From: Elusimicrobiota bacterium
Lineage (GTDB): Bacteria > Elusimicrobiota > Elusimicrobia > 2-02-FULL-39-32
Length of the DNA: 64,000 bases
Direction: 5' to 3'
NCBI GenBank assembly: GCA_021730935.1
Contig: JAKFYJ010000021.1
Span: forward strand, 22,451 to 86,450
Shown here: positions 8,278-18,659 of the stretch, piece after piece
How the letters are laid out: each line of letters starts with the position of its first letter
Position numbering within the stretch: position 1 is the first letter of the stretch
Position numbers and translations under genes: made by a program
The notes under the pieces: generated by a model
The model's database searches: none
What the model was told of the DNA's origin: nothing
Seen by the model: the letters and a program-made list of their open reading frames with translations, nothing else

Positions 8278-11200
8278 GATAAATCCTTAAACTGGAACTG
8301 GGTTCGATGCACGTCCATTGGGATATGCCTTGTCTTTGTTTATGTCCATGTTGTTTTCTCCGCCATTGAACCCGCAAAGAGCTTCTGGGAACAGCGAAAA
8401 GAATCAGCCCAAAAACTGAGACGAGGGAATGTCCCTCTGCGAGAAGGAAACGTCACGCTTCTCGCAAAGCTACCGGAAGTTGATCTGAATCTTCTGCCGC
8501 AATCGATCCCCATTCCTCAGTCGCTTGGCCGGGAATTTAAAATGGAAGAACATAAAATTTCCGTTCCAAATCTCCCCATAACTTCAAAATATTCCATTAT
8601 ACCCTCCTGGGTTCAATCCTTGTCGGGGAAAAATGTTTCCATCAAAGACCTTTACCTTCCGCCATCCTGGAAACCCGGAGATTTTATGGTTGTGCACATC
8701 CAGGACGCGCACGGCAATGTTGAAGCCCAAAAAAACATCGCCAAAGCTATTGAGTTTTTGTCTCAGGGGCAAAATAAAACCCCCTCTCCCAATCTGGGAG
8801 AGGGCCAGGGTGAGGATCCTCATCTGATTGTGGGCATTGAAGGCGCCAGAGGAGCCTTCAACTTCGCGGCCTATCGCGCTTTCTCCGACAACGACATAAC
8901 AAAACAAATTGCCGATTATTTTCTCCAAGGTTCATTCATAACAGGTCCGGAATATGCGGGCATGACGTCTGAACAGCCGCTCGAGTTCTGGGGCGTTGAG
9001 GACGAAAGTCATTACCTCTCCCATGTTCAGGCATATAAGGACTCCGTGGCTTTCCAAAAGGAAGCCCGCGCCATGATCGAATTGCTCATGCAGCAGCTTG
9101 AACAGACCAAAACCAAATCGCTGAACCCCGAGCTCTGCAGGCTCGACAATCAAATCACATTGCACCGCAAAGGCAAAACCGGCCTTGGGGAACATCTTAA
9201 GATGTTGGATCAGATCAATTTCGGCCGGGATTCCGGTCCCGCCATAAAACAATTTCTTAATGCCTATCAAATCGAAGCCTCGCTCGACTTCAAGAAAGTG
9301 GAATCTGAACGCACTTCCCTCACCCGCGCGCTGGCTGAAAACCTGCCTAAACAAGAACTGCAAAATCTCGTCAAGGCCAGTCTTTCGTATCGCCTCGGGA
9401 ATTTGGCCCACGGGGCATTTTATCAGTATATGAAAGACCTTTGCATAGCTTACGGCATCAAGCTTTCCGCCTGGCCGGAAATGGACAAATATATCCGCTA
9501 TGTTCTTCTCTCTGATAAGATCAGCGCCGAACAGCTTCTCGCAGAAGTGGGAGATGTTGAGAAAAAAGAGGTTGAAGGACTGATAAAAACCGATAAAGAG
9601 CGGGAAGTCATCCGGCTCTCCAGATATCTCACTCTGATCGAAAAACTCGTGAACTTTCAGCTTTCTCCCGCAGAATGGAAGGAATATGAAATGTTGGGTC
9701 ATCCGGCGTCTGCCGATTTCGCGAACGTTATAAAATTTATTCAACCCTTCGAACGATTCAACCGCGCCGCCATCGCCCGTAATGATGTCCTTGTCGGCAA
9801 TCTCCTTCAAAAATCCGGAGGGCGGTTGGCCGTTCTGGTCGCAGGGGGGTTCCACACCGACGGCATGATGGGAATCTTAAAAAACAAAAAAATCGCCTAT
9901 GCGGTTCTGACTCCTCGGCTCGGCAAAGCGGAAGGAACGGGCAGCGAGTATCTCGATGTCTTCAAGCGCGATGAGACCCCGATCGAAAAGCTTTTTACGG
10001 GCGAGAGGATCACACTTGCATCTCAATCCCGGATGGCTCCCGGCATGGGTGAAACGATGCCGGACACTTTGACGGTTGAGAGCCAATTCATTGGGTTCCA
10101 AATTCTTCTGAAACTGGCCAAAACATTGAAAGCCGAGGGATATAAAACCCCGTCTGAGCGCAGGGCAGCCGTCGATCAAATAGCTGAAAAGGTTCGGGCT
10201 CAAGTCCTGGGAGAGGACGGGGTAAAATTTTTAACGGTCAGAGATATTGAGACGAGTTCTCAAGATGATCGATCGATTGCGGTCCATTACACCTACGAAC
10301 TTAATGGTGTGAAAAAGCAAAGCACAGTTGACTTTGCGCTCTTGGAGAAAGAGGCTCCGCTCGAAAATGTTTCCGGGATCCCTGCGGATGTTGGACCAAA
10401 TAAAATTCTTATGACTCCCCATATGCCTGCGGTCCGATGGGGAAGTCAGTTAACCACACTGCGGTCCTCAGGCGCGATCGGATTTTTAATGTCTCTTTCT
10501 GTAATGGACATCTTGTCCCCTCATGGCATTGCGATCGGAGCAGGTTTGGGTCTCGGCATGATTTTTTGGCTCTGGCTGTCAGACCTTCTGAGCAGACGCA
10601 AAAATCCCTCAGCAAATCATTTGATTGTTCAACCCGTTGTCCGCGAACCCGGGACCTTGCCCAAAGTTGCCATTGTCATCGTAAATTTTAAAGGGGGAGC
10701 GGATCCCCGGGGGACTGTGCACATCAAAAACCTGCTTGCTTCTCTCGGCGCAATGACTCGTGAGAAGTTCAACTATGAAGTGATCGTGGTGGATAACGAT
10801 TCAACCCCAGACTCTCTCGGCGCGATTCGCGAAGGATTGGCAGATTTTCCCGTCTCTGAGGTTATAGAAAATCCGGCAAATCTTGGAGCTGCGGCGGCAA
10901 GAAACCAGGCGATCAGGAACGCATTGGGCCGCGGCAATGATTACATCATGACCTTTGACAATGATACTTTTATTGAACCGGGTGTCGTCGATCAGATGGT
11001 GGACTTTGCGGAGAAATCGCCTCAGGATGTTTTGGCGATCACGCCGAGAATCTATAATGCAAAGGACAAAGATAAACTTTGGTCTGTGGGCCGGAAATTG
11101 GCCAAATTTCCGTATCTGCGCCTGGACGCGCGGGGCAGCCAAGAGGATAAATTCACAGAGCCCTCCGAAGTTGATTTTCTGACGACAGCGGCCGCCCTTT

Positions 11201-14200
11201 TCAGAGCTTCTGCATTTAAGGAAGATCATGCAGGCCTCTTCAATGAGGATTTTTTCATCTACGAAGAGGACAGCGAATGGTGTGTCAGGGCTCAAAAAGC
11301 CGGAGGGAGGACACTTTTCGTACCGGTCGCGGACAAAGTGTACCACGTCGGGAACCAAAGCTTCAATGGGGGCAGAATATCTTCCGAAAGAAATTATTAC
11401 ATGATCCGGAATCGGCTCCTGTCGATGCGCATCCATGGCCAATTTTTACAGCCGCTCCATCTCCTGAGGCTTTTCAGAGCCTTGGCGATAATGAGTTATA
11501 AAACATTGATTCAAGGGAAAAGTCTCCGGGCTTTCGGAGCATTCCTTCTTGGCATTTGGGATGGAAGCCTTGGCAGAGGCGGGATAGGACGCACTTTTCA
11601 AAATCAAGCGTCCAATCAGAACCCCCGCGCCGCGAAAGTTTCCTGGGGGAAAAGATATGAGAAGGTTCTTTTTCCCTCAAATAATACTGCTTCACAAAAT
11701 GTGCCAAGCCTCCGCGATAAAATTATTCAGCGTATCGCATCCAATGTCCCGCTGCTAATGTCCCTGCCGATTAACTTCATTATGATTGCGATCGTCGGAA
11801 CAAGTGCAACACAGTTGTCCGGATTATTTCTGTCGGAAGGCCACTTTTGGCTTGCGGTCTTTATTTGGGGATATTCCATTTCAATAATTTTACTCATCTG
11901 GATCTGGTCGTTCAGAGTCGTTTATAGCATTTTAGGGTTTTTGATCGAAAAATTCATGCATTTCGATTCCAAGCATTTGGCCTATACCAAACCAAATTTG
12001 CCTCAAAACGCGATTTATCCTTCTCTCACGGCTATCATTCCGGTTTATGATGAGCCCTGGGAAGCGATTTTAACATCTCTCAACTCGGCCATTTCCGCTC
12101 GTGAACATTTTGAACACGCATCAAATATTGTTGTCGCGGATGACTACATCGGTGTTTTGGCCGGGGGAGATGTTGCTGAGTTCGTTCGAAGCGCAAAATC
12201 AAAGGCCATACAAAATGTTCCCCTGAGCGGTGCGGAAACCGAAGTCCTCCGGCGGTTAAACTTTTATGATAGCCACGGCATTGGGGTCATCGCGCAGCCT
12301 GCCCATCAGGCCCATTTTGCTGAAGGAACCTACATTCGCGAAGGGCAATTTCCAAAGGCCCACAATCTCAACGTGCTTCATCAGGCCTCGGATTTGATCG
12401 AGGATTATATGAAAGGGGGAATGACCTATTCCGAAGCTTTGAAACGGTTAATCAAAAATGGACAAGTCCACGGATTCACCACGTTTAAATATGCCTATAT
12501 TTCCGAAGTGCAATCCATTTGCACCGGAGATGTTTTGTTATTCTTAGATAATGATTCCTTTGTCCCTCAAGCGGCGCATTCCCCCACCTTGGCTCAGTTT
12601 GTGTTGGAAGAAAATCTGGCCTACACTCAGAATGAAACCGTCATTCATAACGGGGATCAATCGCTTTTCGCGAGGCTGCTGGCCAGTAACGTGGATGCAA
12701 ATAGATTTCTAAACGGATTCAAAGCGCGATTTGGAATCGTGACCTTTTCTGGGCACAATGGGTACATTCGTAAAAGCGTTCTCAGGCAGGTGGGGTACTG
12801 GCCGGTGGACAGAATTTCCGAAGACCATGTGGTAACATATCGCATCATTAACGAGAGAGACCCCGTTGGTAACCAATATTACGGCAAATTTATTGCTTAT
12901 CCGGGGCTGGAATTTGGAGAATCGGCTCCGGAAGACTTCACCACATTTGCCGGCAGGGAATATAAATTTATCATGGGCGACCTGCAAACGTTCTTAAACC
13001 CAATAGCGAACTGGATGAGAGAGGGGATTTTTTCCAGGGACACGCGTTCTTATCTTTCCTCTCATCTGACTCTAACCCAGAGGCATGATAACCTTTTCAG
13101 GCAATCCCGCCCGCTTTTGTCTATTTTAAATTTTGTGACTCTAATCAATTTTCTTATATTCCCAATCATTGTGCCGGAGTCATTGTTGTCGATAGTTCAA
13201 AACGGGGCGACGATCTCGGTTGTTTCCAATCCGGTGAATTTGCGAATTGTGCCCTACAGCGTATTTACAATCATCTTCTTATCCATCCTGCTAATTGACT
13301 TGATCCCCATTTGCGTTTCTCTTATCAGGACCTCGGTCACCCTTAAAAATGATCTTAAGGAAGAGGAGGAAATATTTTATTGGACCAGAATTATTTTTAC
13401 AGCCCTTATCGCCGATACCTTGATCATGAAAATGATCGTGCACATCGCCACCCTTCCCTGGCAGCTCAAGGGAATCGCGACGCACCTTTTGTCCAGAGAG
13501 ATCAAGATCGGAAGCACCAAAAATCTGACGGGGGATTGGAAAGCCCAAGCCGTCAAGATCTTGCGCGCCAACAAACTCAATATTCCTTTTTCAATTTTCA
13601 TCGGCATCTTGTTCACCTTGTGGCTGCGACATGTTTTTCCGCTGATTCAAACAACAAATCTCCTGACCCGCGTCATCTTATTCGTTTTCATTTTTGAACA
13701 TTCCATCCGGGTCGTGGGGCCCCTCCTTGGCCCATTTGTGTTAAATCCCTCCTCAGGTAAAAAAGCCATCCATCTTATGAATGATGTTAAAGAATTTTCA
13801 AGAAACAAATTTAACCTTGAAGCTCGTCCCAGGCGCCTTTCCCTTTATTTTATCGGGACGGCCGCCGTGGCGGGAGGCATCCTTCTTCGGTTCTGGAATC
13901 TCAATTATTTGGGACCATGGATGGACGAAGCCATGTACATACTCGCTGGCAAAAACATGGGCAACCCTGCGCTCAATTATGGCTGGATCAGCGGATGGAA
14001 ATATCTTTATCCCGCAGTCACTTACTTTGGATACGATCTGGCCGGTTCCGTGGTCGGGTCCAGAATTGTCAATGGGCTCCTCGGGTTGGGGACGGCGTTT
14101 TTCGCTTTCCTGTTTTCCAGGAAAGTGATTTCTGAAATTTTTAGCGCGGACAATGCTAAGACGAACGATGCGAGAGCCCTGGCGAGCTTGGTGGTTCTTA

Positions 14201-16935
14201 TGGCCTCGGGGCCCTTGATGATCATCAGCCGTTTGGCAACGTATGACGGTTTGGCCTTTTTCTTTTTTGCGGTTTCCGTTTATCTGATCCAGAATAATTC
14301 AAAATCTAAAAACCCTTCGGCTTTTTTATTTTTAGGTGCCATCGCATTTGTGCTGGCCTTTCTTTCAAAATATTTTCTGGTCATTTTTACGCCCTTCATC
14401 TTAACCTATGCCCTCATTCAGACGAAAGACAGAACTCGGTGGACAAAATATTTCCTGCTTCCTTTTCTCTTCCCCTTGGCTGTCTTTTTTGCCTTCTTTG
14501 GGAATGACTTTGCCGCGGGACTGCAATATGCCGCCAAACAAAATAAGTTGCAGTCTTGGGGCGTCTGGGGGATCACAAGGGAAACGGCCATCAACGGCGG
14601 AGTCCCATTTCTGCTTTCCATTCTGGGATTATTGCGGGTGCCAAAAGAGAAAAGAATGCTGGCTTTTTGGCCCATCGGAGGGGCCATGCTGGTATATGTC
14701 TATCACGTGCTCGATCTTCATGTTCAGGGCCTTCCCAAAGTCCTCAGTGGCTCAGTGATTCTTTTGGCTCCGCTGGCCGGCGTTGGGCTTATAAAACTGA
14801 TGTCCTTGGCCATTCACCGGCGCAAACAAGTGAACTGGCTCGCGAGGTTGTCGATTTTGGCCATCTTAATTCGCGCTTCCATTTGGACTTTGCCCGGGCA
14901 TCCCATTGCGGGTTCACGGACTGAGTTTTGGCAGGACAACTATACGGTTGCGGAAGTAATTAAATATTATGCGCAGGACGTCCCGGAGCCTTGGATCCAT
15001 TCTTCCCGAGCGCATGAGCTTGCGCTATTACTGCCCTCTCTGGAGTCCTCCATCAATCCGGTGAAAAAAACCGGCGTGGAGAGTAATCCTTATTTTTCGA
15101 GCATGTATGTCACTCCCGAGCCGGAATTTTTTGAGAATATCAAGAACCGGAAGTACGCCATCGTCCATTTATATCCTGAATATTGGAATCCCGCTTGGTC
15201 CGAATATCCAGATTTAGTCAGAAACACTCTGGAATTGCTCAAACAAAATGGCTATGTCCATGCTTATTATGATGACCGGCCGAACATCACCTCTTTCGGA
15301 ACGGAACTTTCCCCGTCGCGTTCCCACATTTATGTCCGGGATGATATTTTTAATAAATCCGGCACCGTTACAAGCAAAGACGGCCATCTTCTTTTCCCCG
15401 GGAAATCTCCGGGCGCCATGGGCATGTGGCAGAAATTTGGAATAAATAATCTCGTAAAAATCGCGCACCTTGAAAATATCATCCTCGGAATCTTGGCCAT
15501 GGGCGCAACCGTATTTCTTATTCACCTGGGTCTCATGCCTCAAGCTCCGCCCGCAAATTTCGCAGATGCTGGCCTTCTTCTTTTTAAAATCTTTTCAGTT
15601 TCAGGATTCCTTTACATTTTTCTTCGTCACCTCCTTCTCAAAGCGCATTATTATTTGGGCGTCGCTCAACCGATCGGCCCGCCCGTCATGCGCGATTGGG
15701 AGGAGGCCGTGCAATCCACAAGAACAGCGTCCTTGAGTCTCGTCTCCGTTCCCTTCATTGTCGCGGGAATGATTTTTATGTCTTGGGCAGGCCCTCTCGC
15801 GATCCTCACCGGTATTGCGCTCTCCGGCATGGGTGTCTCTTTGGGAGGCCGCTTGCATGCGCGAAGAAATGACCTTGCCCAATCCTGGGCTATGCCGCGG
15901 AGTCTTATTGAAATCCGAATGGAACGCGCTTTCAGTGAAATAAAAAAATTCCAAATTGATGATCACAACGCTCAAGTCAGGCATGCTCTGAAACTGGTCG
16001 CACTCTGGAGACTGTTCAATGGGGAAGCTCTGGACCAAACTTTGAGCGCGGACCGCATCGATCAGACGGAACTCGAAAGAGTAATCAGATTTCATTCCAC
16101 CAGAGAAATGGCTTCCATCGCGGGTCACATGGACGCCGTGGCGAAAGGCGTTTCTGCATGGGACTTCTTCTATCATGGAGGCATGCAAGAGGACTTGAGC
16201 GCGGATGCTTTAATTTTCGAAGAAGCCATTAACGCTTATCAAATCATGCGGTATCATGCGCGGCCGGGTCTGCGATTGAGTGAAACACAAATCGCAAGTG
16301 CAAAAGATATTTGGGAACTTGGACGTATTTCAGCTTCCGCGCTCAAAACCTGTGAAGTTATCGATGTTTTAAACAGCGAAAAATTAAAGCGAACGGACGC
16401 CTATGCTTCAGAAAATCAAGTTCTGCTTCATAAAGTGCACCGCCTCTCAAATCAGGAGATTTCTATATTGGTCCGCAGCATCAAAAGGGAAAATGCTTCC
16501 GGCAATCTCAATCAGGTCACTTTTTTGCTGGATGCGGGAACGCGAAACATATCCCGAAGCGAGCTAAAACAGCTTCTCGGGAAATATGGCGTTACGGAAA
16601 ATATGTTTGACGGTGCCTTCAGAGGCGACTTCAAGAGCCACATGATTACAGAGGAAGAAATAGCCCAGCGCCAGAATGTGGACCCTTCCATCAAGCGCGA
16701 CACGGAGATGATTTATGAAATCGCCGCAGGAAAAGCCGGCGTTTTGGCTGGCCGCCCCATCCGAGGCAAAATATCCCTGGACATTTATACCGATGAAATG
16801 ATTTACAGCGAAAGCTGGGGAGAAAAATTATCCATCAGAATTCTGTTCATCGTCTCGCAAACCCAGGTCGTTGTTATGAGTCAATGCATCGATCAAGCCC
16901 TCCGCGAAGACGCTCTCGTTGCTTTGCAGCAATAA
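8275..16935 (+). CDS. giant 2886-aa polytopic multi-glycosyltransferase fusion (ChaN/Tiki-like domain + GT2 + cellulose-synthase-like GT2 + PMT/ArnT-like GT-C + C-terminal domain)
   Basis: Single uninterrupted 8661-nt ORF. Motifs: VVHIQDAHGN...AGGFHTDG; VAIVIVNF...VVDNDS...FDNDTF...YEEDSEWCVR; IIPVYDEP...VVADDY...FLDNDSF...ISEDHVVTYRI; LRFWNLNYLGPWMDEAMYILAG, with more than 25 predicted transmembrane helices. Confidence 0.9.
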   Translation: MDKSLNWNWVRCTSIGICLVFVYVHVVFSAIEPAKSFWEQRKESAQKLRRGNVPLREGNVTLLAKLPEVDLNLLPQSIPIPQSLGREFKMEEHKISVPNLPITSKYSIIPSWVQSLSGKNVSIKDLYLPPSWKPGDFMVVHIQDAHGNVEAQKNIAKAIEFLSQGQNKTPSPNLGEGQGEDPHLIVGIEGARGAFNFAAYRAFSDNDITKQIADYFLQGSFITGPEYAGMTSEQPLEFWGVEDESHYLSHVQAYKDSVAFQKEARAMIELLMQQLEQTKTKSLNPELCRLDNQITLHRKGKTGLGEHLKMLDQINFGRDSGPAIKQFLNAYQIEASLDFKKVESERTSLTRALAENLPKQELQNLVKASLSYRLGNLAHGAFYQYMKDLCIAYGIKLSAWPEMDKYIRYVLLSDKISAEQLLAEVGDVEKKEVEGLIKTDKEREVIRLSRYLTLIEKLVNFQLSPAEWKEYEMLGHPASADFANVIKFIQPFERFNRAAIARNDVLVGNLLQKSGGRLAVLVAGGFHTDGMMGILKNKKIAYAVLTPRLGKAEGTGSEYLDVFKRDETPIEKLFTGERITLASQSRMAPGMGETMPDTLTVESQFIGFQILLKLAKTLKAEGYKTPSERRAAVDQIAEKVRAQVLGEDGVKFLTVRDIETSSQDDRSIAVHYTYELNGVKKQSTVDFALLEKEAPLENVSGIPADVGPNKILMTPHMPAVRWGSQLTTLRSSGAIGFLMSLSVMDILSPHGIAIGAGLGLGMIFWLWLSDLLSRRKNPSANHLIVQPVVREPGTLPKVAIVIVNFKGGADPRGTVHIKNLLASLGAMTREKFNYEVIVVDNDSTPDSLGAIREGLADFPVSEVIENPANLGAAAARNQAIRNALGRGNDYIMTFDNDTFIEPGVVDQMVDFAEKSPQDVLAITPRIYNAKDKDKLWSVGRKLAKFPYLRLDARGSQEDKFTEPSEVDFLTTAAALFRASAFKEDHAGLFNEDFFIYEEDSEWCVRAQKAGGRTLFVPVADKVYHVGNQSFNGGRISSERNYYMIRNRLLSMRIHGQFLQPLHLLRLFRALAIMSYKTLIQGKSLRAFGAFLLGIWDGSLGRGGIGRTFQNQASNQNPRAAKVSWGKRYEKVLFPSNNTASQNVPSLRDKIIQRIASNVPLLMSLPINFIMIAIVGTSATQLSGLFLSEGHFWLAVFIWGYSISIILLIWIWSFRVVYSILGFLIEKFMHFDSKHLAYTKPNLPQNAIYPSLTAIIPVYDEPWEAILTSLNSAISAREHFEHASNIVVADDYIGVLAGGDVAEFVRSAKSKAIQNVPLSGAETEVLRRLNFYDSHGIGVIAQPAHQAHFAEGTYIREGQFPKAHNLNVLHQASDLIEDYMKGGMTYSEALKRLIKNGQVHGFTTFKYAYISEVQSICTGDVLLFLDNDSFVPQAAHSPTLAQFVLEENLAYTQNETVIHNGDQSLFARLLASNVDANRFLNGFKARFGIVTFSGHNGYIRKSVLRQVGYWPVDRISEDHVVTYRIINERDPVGNQYYGKFIAYPGLEFGESAPEDFTTFAGREYKFIMGDLQTFLNPIANWMREGIFSRDTRSYLSSHLTLTQRHDNLFRQSRPLLSILNFVTLINFLIFPIIVPESLLSIVQNGATISVVSNPVNLRIVPYSVFTIIFLSILLIDLIPICVSLIRTSVTLKNDLKEEEEIFYWTRIIFTALIADTLIMKMIVHIATLPWQLKGIATHLLSREIKIGSTKNLTGDWKAQAVKILRANKLNIPFSIFIGILFTLWLRHVFPLIQTTNLLTRVILFVFIFEHSIRVVGPLLGPFVLNPSSGKKAIHLMNDVKEFSRNKFNLEARPRRLSLYFIGTAAVAGGILLRFWNLNYLGPWMDEAMYILAGKNMGNPALNYGWISGWKYLYPAVTYFGYDLAGSVVGSRIVNGLLGLGTAFFAFLFSRKVISEIFSADNAKTNDARALASLVVLMASGPLMIISRLATYDGLAFFFFAVSVYLIQNNSKSKNPSAFLFLGAIAFVLAFLSKYFLVIFTPFILTYALIQTKDRTRWTKYFLLPFLFPLAVFFAFFGNDFAAGLQYAAKQNKLQSWGVWGITRETAINGGVPFLLSILGLLRVPKEKRMLAFWPIGGAMLVYVYHVLDLHVQGLPKVLSGSVILLAPLAGVGLIKLMSLAIHRRKQVNWLARLSILAILIRASIWTLPGHPIAGSRTEFWQDNYTVAEVIKYYAQDVPEPWIHSSRAHELALLLPSLESSINPVKKTGVESNPYFSSMYVTPEPEFFENIKNRKYAIVHLYPEYWNPAWSEYPDLVRNTLELLKQNGYVHAYYDDRPNITSFGTELSPSRSHIYVRDDIFNKSGTVTSKDGHLLFPGKSPGAMGMWQKFGINNLVKIAHLENIILGILAMGATVFLIHLGLMPQAPPANFADAGLLLFKIFSVSGFLYIFLRHLLLKAHYYLGVAQPIGPPVMRDWEEAVQSTRTASLSLVSVPFIVAGMIFMSWAGPLAILTGIALSGMGVSLGGRLHARRNDLAQSWAMPRSLIEIRMERAFSEIKKFQIDDHNAQVRHALKLVALWRLFNGEALDQTLSADRIDQTELERVIRFHSTREMASIAGHMDAVAKGVSAWDFFYHGGMQEDLSADALIFEEAINAYQIMRYHARPGLRLSETQIASAKDIWELGRISASALKTCEVIDVLNSEKLKRTDAYASENQVLLHKVHRLSNQEISILVRSIKRENASGNLNQVTFLLDAGTRNISRSELKQLLGKYGVTENMFDGAFRGDFKSHMITEEEIAQRQNVDPSIKRDTEMIYEIAAGKAGVLAGRPIRGKISLDIYTDEMIYSESWGEKLSIRILFIVSQTQVVVMSQCIDQALREDALVALQQ

Positions 16936-17042
16936 AAAAATAACTCACGCCTAAAAACTTTCCTACACACGTTGACATAATTCCCTGATTCCGCGTCCGC
17001 GCTGAACTTTTTATACTGGTCTCCATGAAAGGAGACAAGTTT

Positions 17043-18659
17043 ATGAAAAGATATTTTTTCGCCGCAATTTTCCTTATTGTCTGCGCCGCAGTTCATGCTC
17101 AGCCTTCGGTCCTCATCAATGAGGTCGCCAGCGAAGAGCCCACGCCGCCCGGAGACTGGATCGAGTTTTATGTCTCAAGTTTCACGGACCTGAGCGGCTG
17201 GAAAGTTTTTGAGCAGAACGCGCTCGTGAAAACATTTCCTTCCTTGTCATTGTCCGCGGGAACCTATTTCATCCTCAAATTCAACTCCTCTTCGCCTGAC
17301 GAAACCCCTGCCTCCGGCGACGCGAACGGCAACGGAATTCTGGATCTCTATACGGCGGACACGGGCCTGACAGGGACGTCCAATGCAGTTTCCTTAAGAG
17401 ATGCGAAAGGGCTCGTCATGGACGCGGTCGTTTTCTCAGACAGCGCGAGCTGGACCAGCGCTCAGCAATCCGCCTTCGACATGCTGGTGTCCACGGGGCA
17501 GTGGCAGGGAACCGTGAACGGCGGTCTCAAAAACTTTTCTGATTCCGTGAATATCGCGGGAGGCGTCGGGCCCGGCAATTCAATCGGCAGGAACCCGGAC
17601 GCGCTCGACACGAACCACTTTTCGGACTGGCGACATATTAAAGGAACCCAAACCAAAGGCTCTCAAAATCCCGCCTCAGTCGCCTGCCCAAACAGCCCGC
17701 CGTTCGAGGGGACGATCTCGGAGGTCGCCCCCTCCCTGCCCATTTCCGCCGGAGGCGATTTTGTGGAGATTTTCGTCAACAACCCGATCAATGTTTGCGG
17801 ATCAAAAATATATGAAGGCGCGGGACTCATCAAAACACTCCCTTCCGTGACTCCCAATGCCGGACCTTTCGGGTCCTATATTATTCTTCACGCAGGAGCA
17901 AAAATATCTCCTTCCAATCCTGACGAAACCGATGTCACAGGTGACATGAACGGCAACGGCTCTGTCGATCTTTATTCGGACGAGTCCAGTCCCGGCATCA
18001 CCGGGAGCGCGGACAACGCCATTCTGCTGGAATCTTCCGACGGAAACCTCATTGATTTTATGGGGTTCTCCGACAAATTGCTTTTTTATTCCGCCGTTCT
18101 TCAGGGGCAATATAACCGCGCGGTTTCTCAGGGCCTCTGGGTCCCGGAATGCAGCGGTGAAGAGGACTGCTACGGCGCCGGCTCCGTGGCCTGGTCCAAC
18201 TCCACGACAAAATCAATTTCCAAGAAAATTTCAGAAGGAGGTTTTCCGATGAGTTCTCGGCCTTCCAGTCCCGACGACTGGGAGATATCGGCGCCCACTC
18301 CCGGGAAAACATCAAGGACCGCAAAACAAGAAACGGCGCCTGCCAAAAACGCCATCCGCGTGAGCCAGTCCCCTTTTTCTCCGATTGGCGACGGGCCTTT
18401 CAGAGAAGCCTTGTTTGATTGCCCGTCGGACCCCGGCTCAAAGATCACGCTCAAGCTTTATGATGTTCAGGGCCGGCTCATCCGCACGATCGCGGACCGC
18501 GTTTCCGCAGACGATGCCCAGGTTTTTTCGTGGGACGGCAGGAATGCCGGAGGCGATTTGGTTCCCGTCGGCATCTATGTCGTCTGGTTTGAAATCAAGC
18601 AGTCAAACGGCGAGCTCAGCCATAACGCCGAAACGGTCGTCGTCGGGAGACAGCTATGA
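17043..18659 (+). CDS. secreted protein with two lamin-tail domains and a C-terminal FlgD-Ig/T9SS-type sorting domain
   Basis: AAGGAG Shine-Dalgarno 8 nt before ATG 17043, with signal peptide MKRYFFAAIFLIVCAAVHA. Lamin-tail-domain motifs LINEV...DWIEFYV..DLSGW and ISEV...DFVEIFV. C-terminal KITLKLYDVQGRLIRTI...GIYVVWFEI matches por_Secre_tail/FlgD-Ig style domains. Confidence 0.75.
   Translation: MKRYFFAAIFLIVCAAVHAQPSVLINEVASEEPTPPGDWIEFYVSSFTDLSGWKVFEQNALVKTFPSLSLSAGTYFILKFNSSSPDETPASGDANGNGILDLYTADTGLTGTSNAVSLRDAKGLVMDAVVFSDSASWTSAQQSAFDMLVSTGQWQGTVNGGLKNFSDSVNIAGGVGPGNSIGRNPDALDTNHFSDWRHIKGTQTKGSQNPASVACPNSPPFEGTISEVAPSLPISAGGDFVEIFVNNPINVCGSKIYEGAGLIKTLPSVTPNAGPFGSYIILHAGAKISPSNPDETDVTGDMNGNGSVDLYSDESSPGITGSADNAILLESSDGNLIDFMGFSDKLLFYSAVLQGQYNRAVSQGLWVPECSGEEDCYGAGSVAWSNSTTKSISKKISEGGFPMSSRPSSPDDWEISAPTPGKTSRTAKQETAPAKNAIRVSQSPFSPIGDGPFREALFDCPSDPGSKITLKLYDVQGRLIRTIADRVSADDAQVFSWDGRNAGGDLVPVGIYVVWFEIKQSNGELSHNAETVVVGRQL

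Noticed and set aside
8932-9855. 307-aa antisense ORF inside the giant gene; likewise 10801..11442 and 15601..16188
   Set aside because: All lie opposite an 8.6-kb uninterrupted sense ORF with multiple recognisable catalytic motifs. Their lack of stops is a consequence of the sense-strand codon bias.
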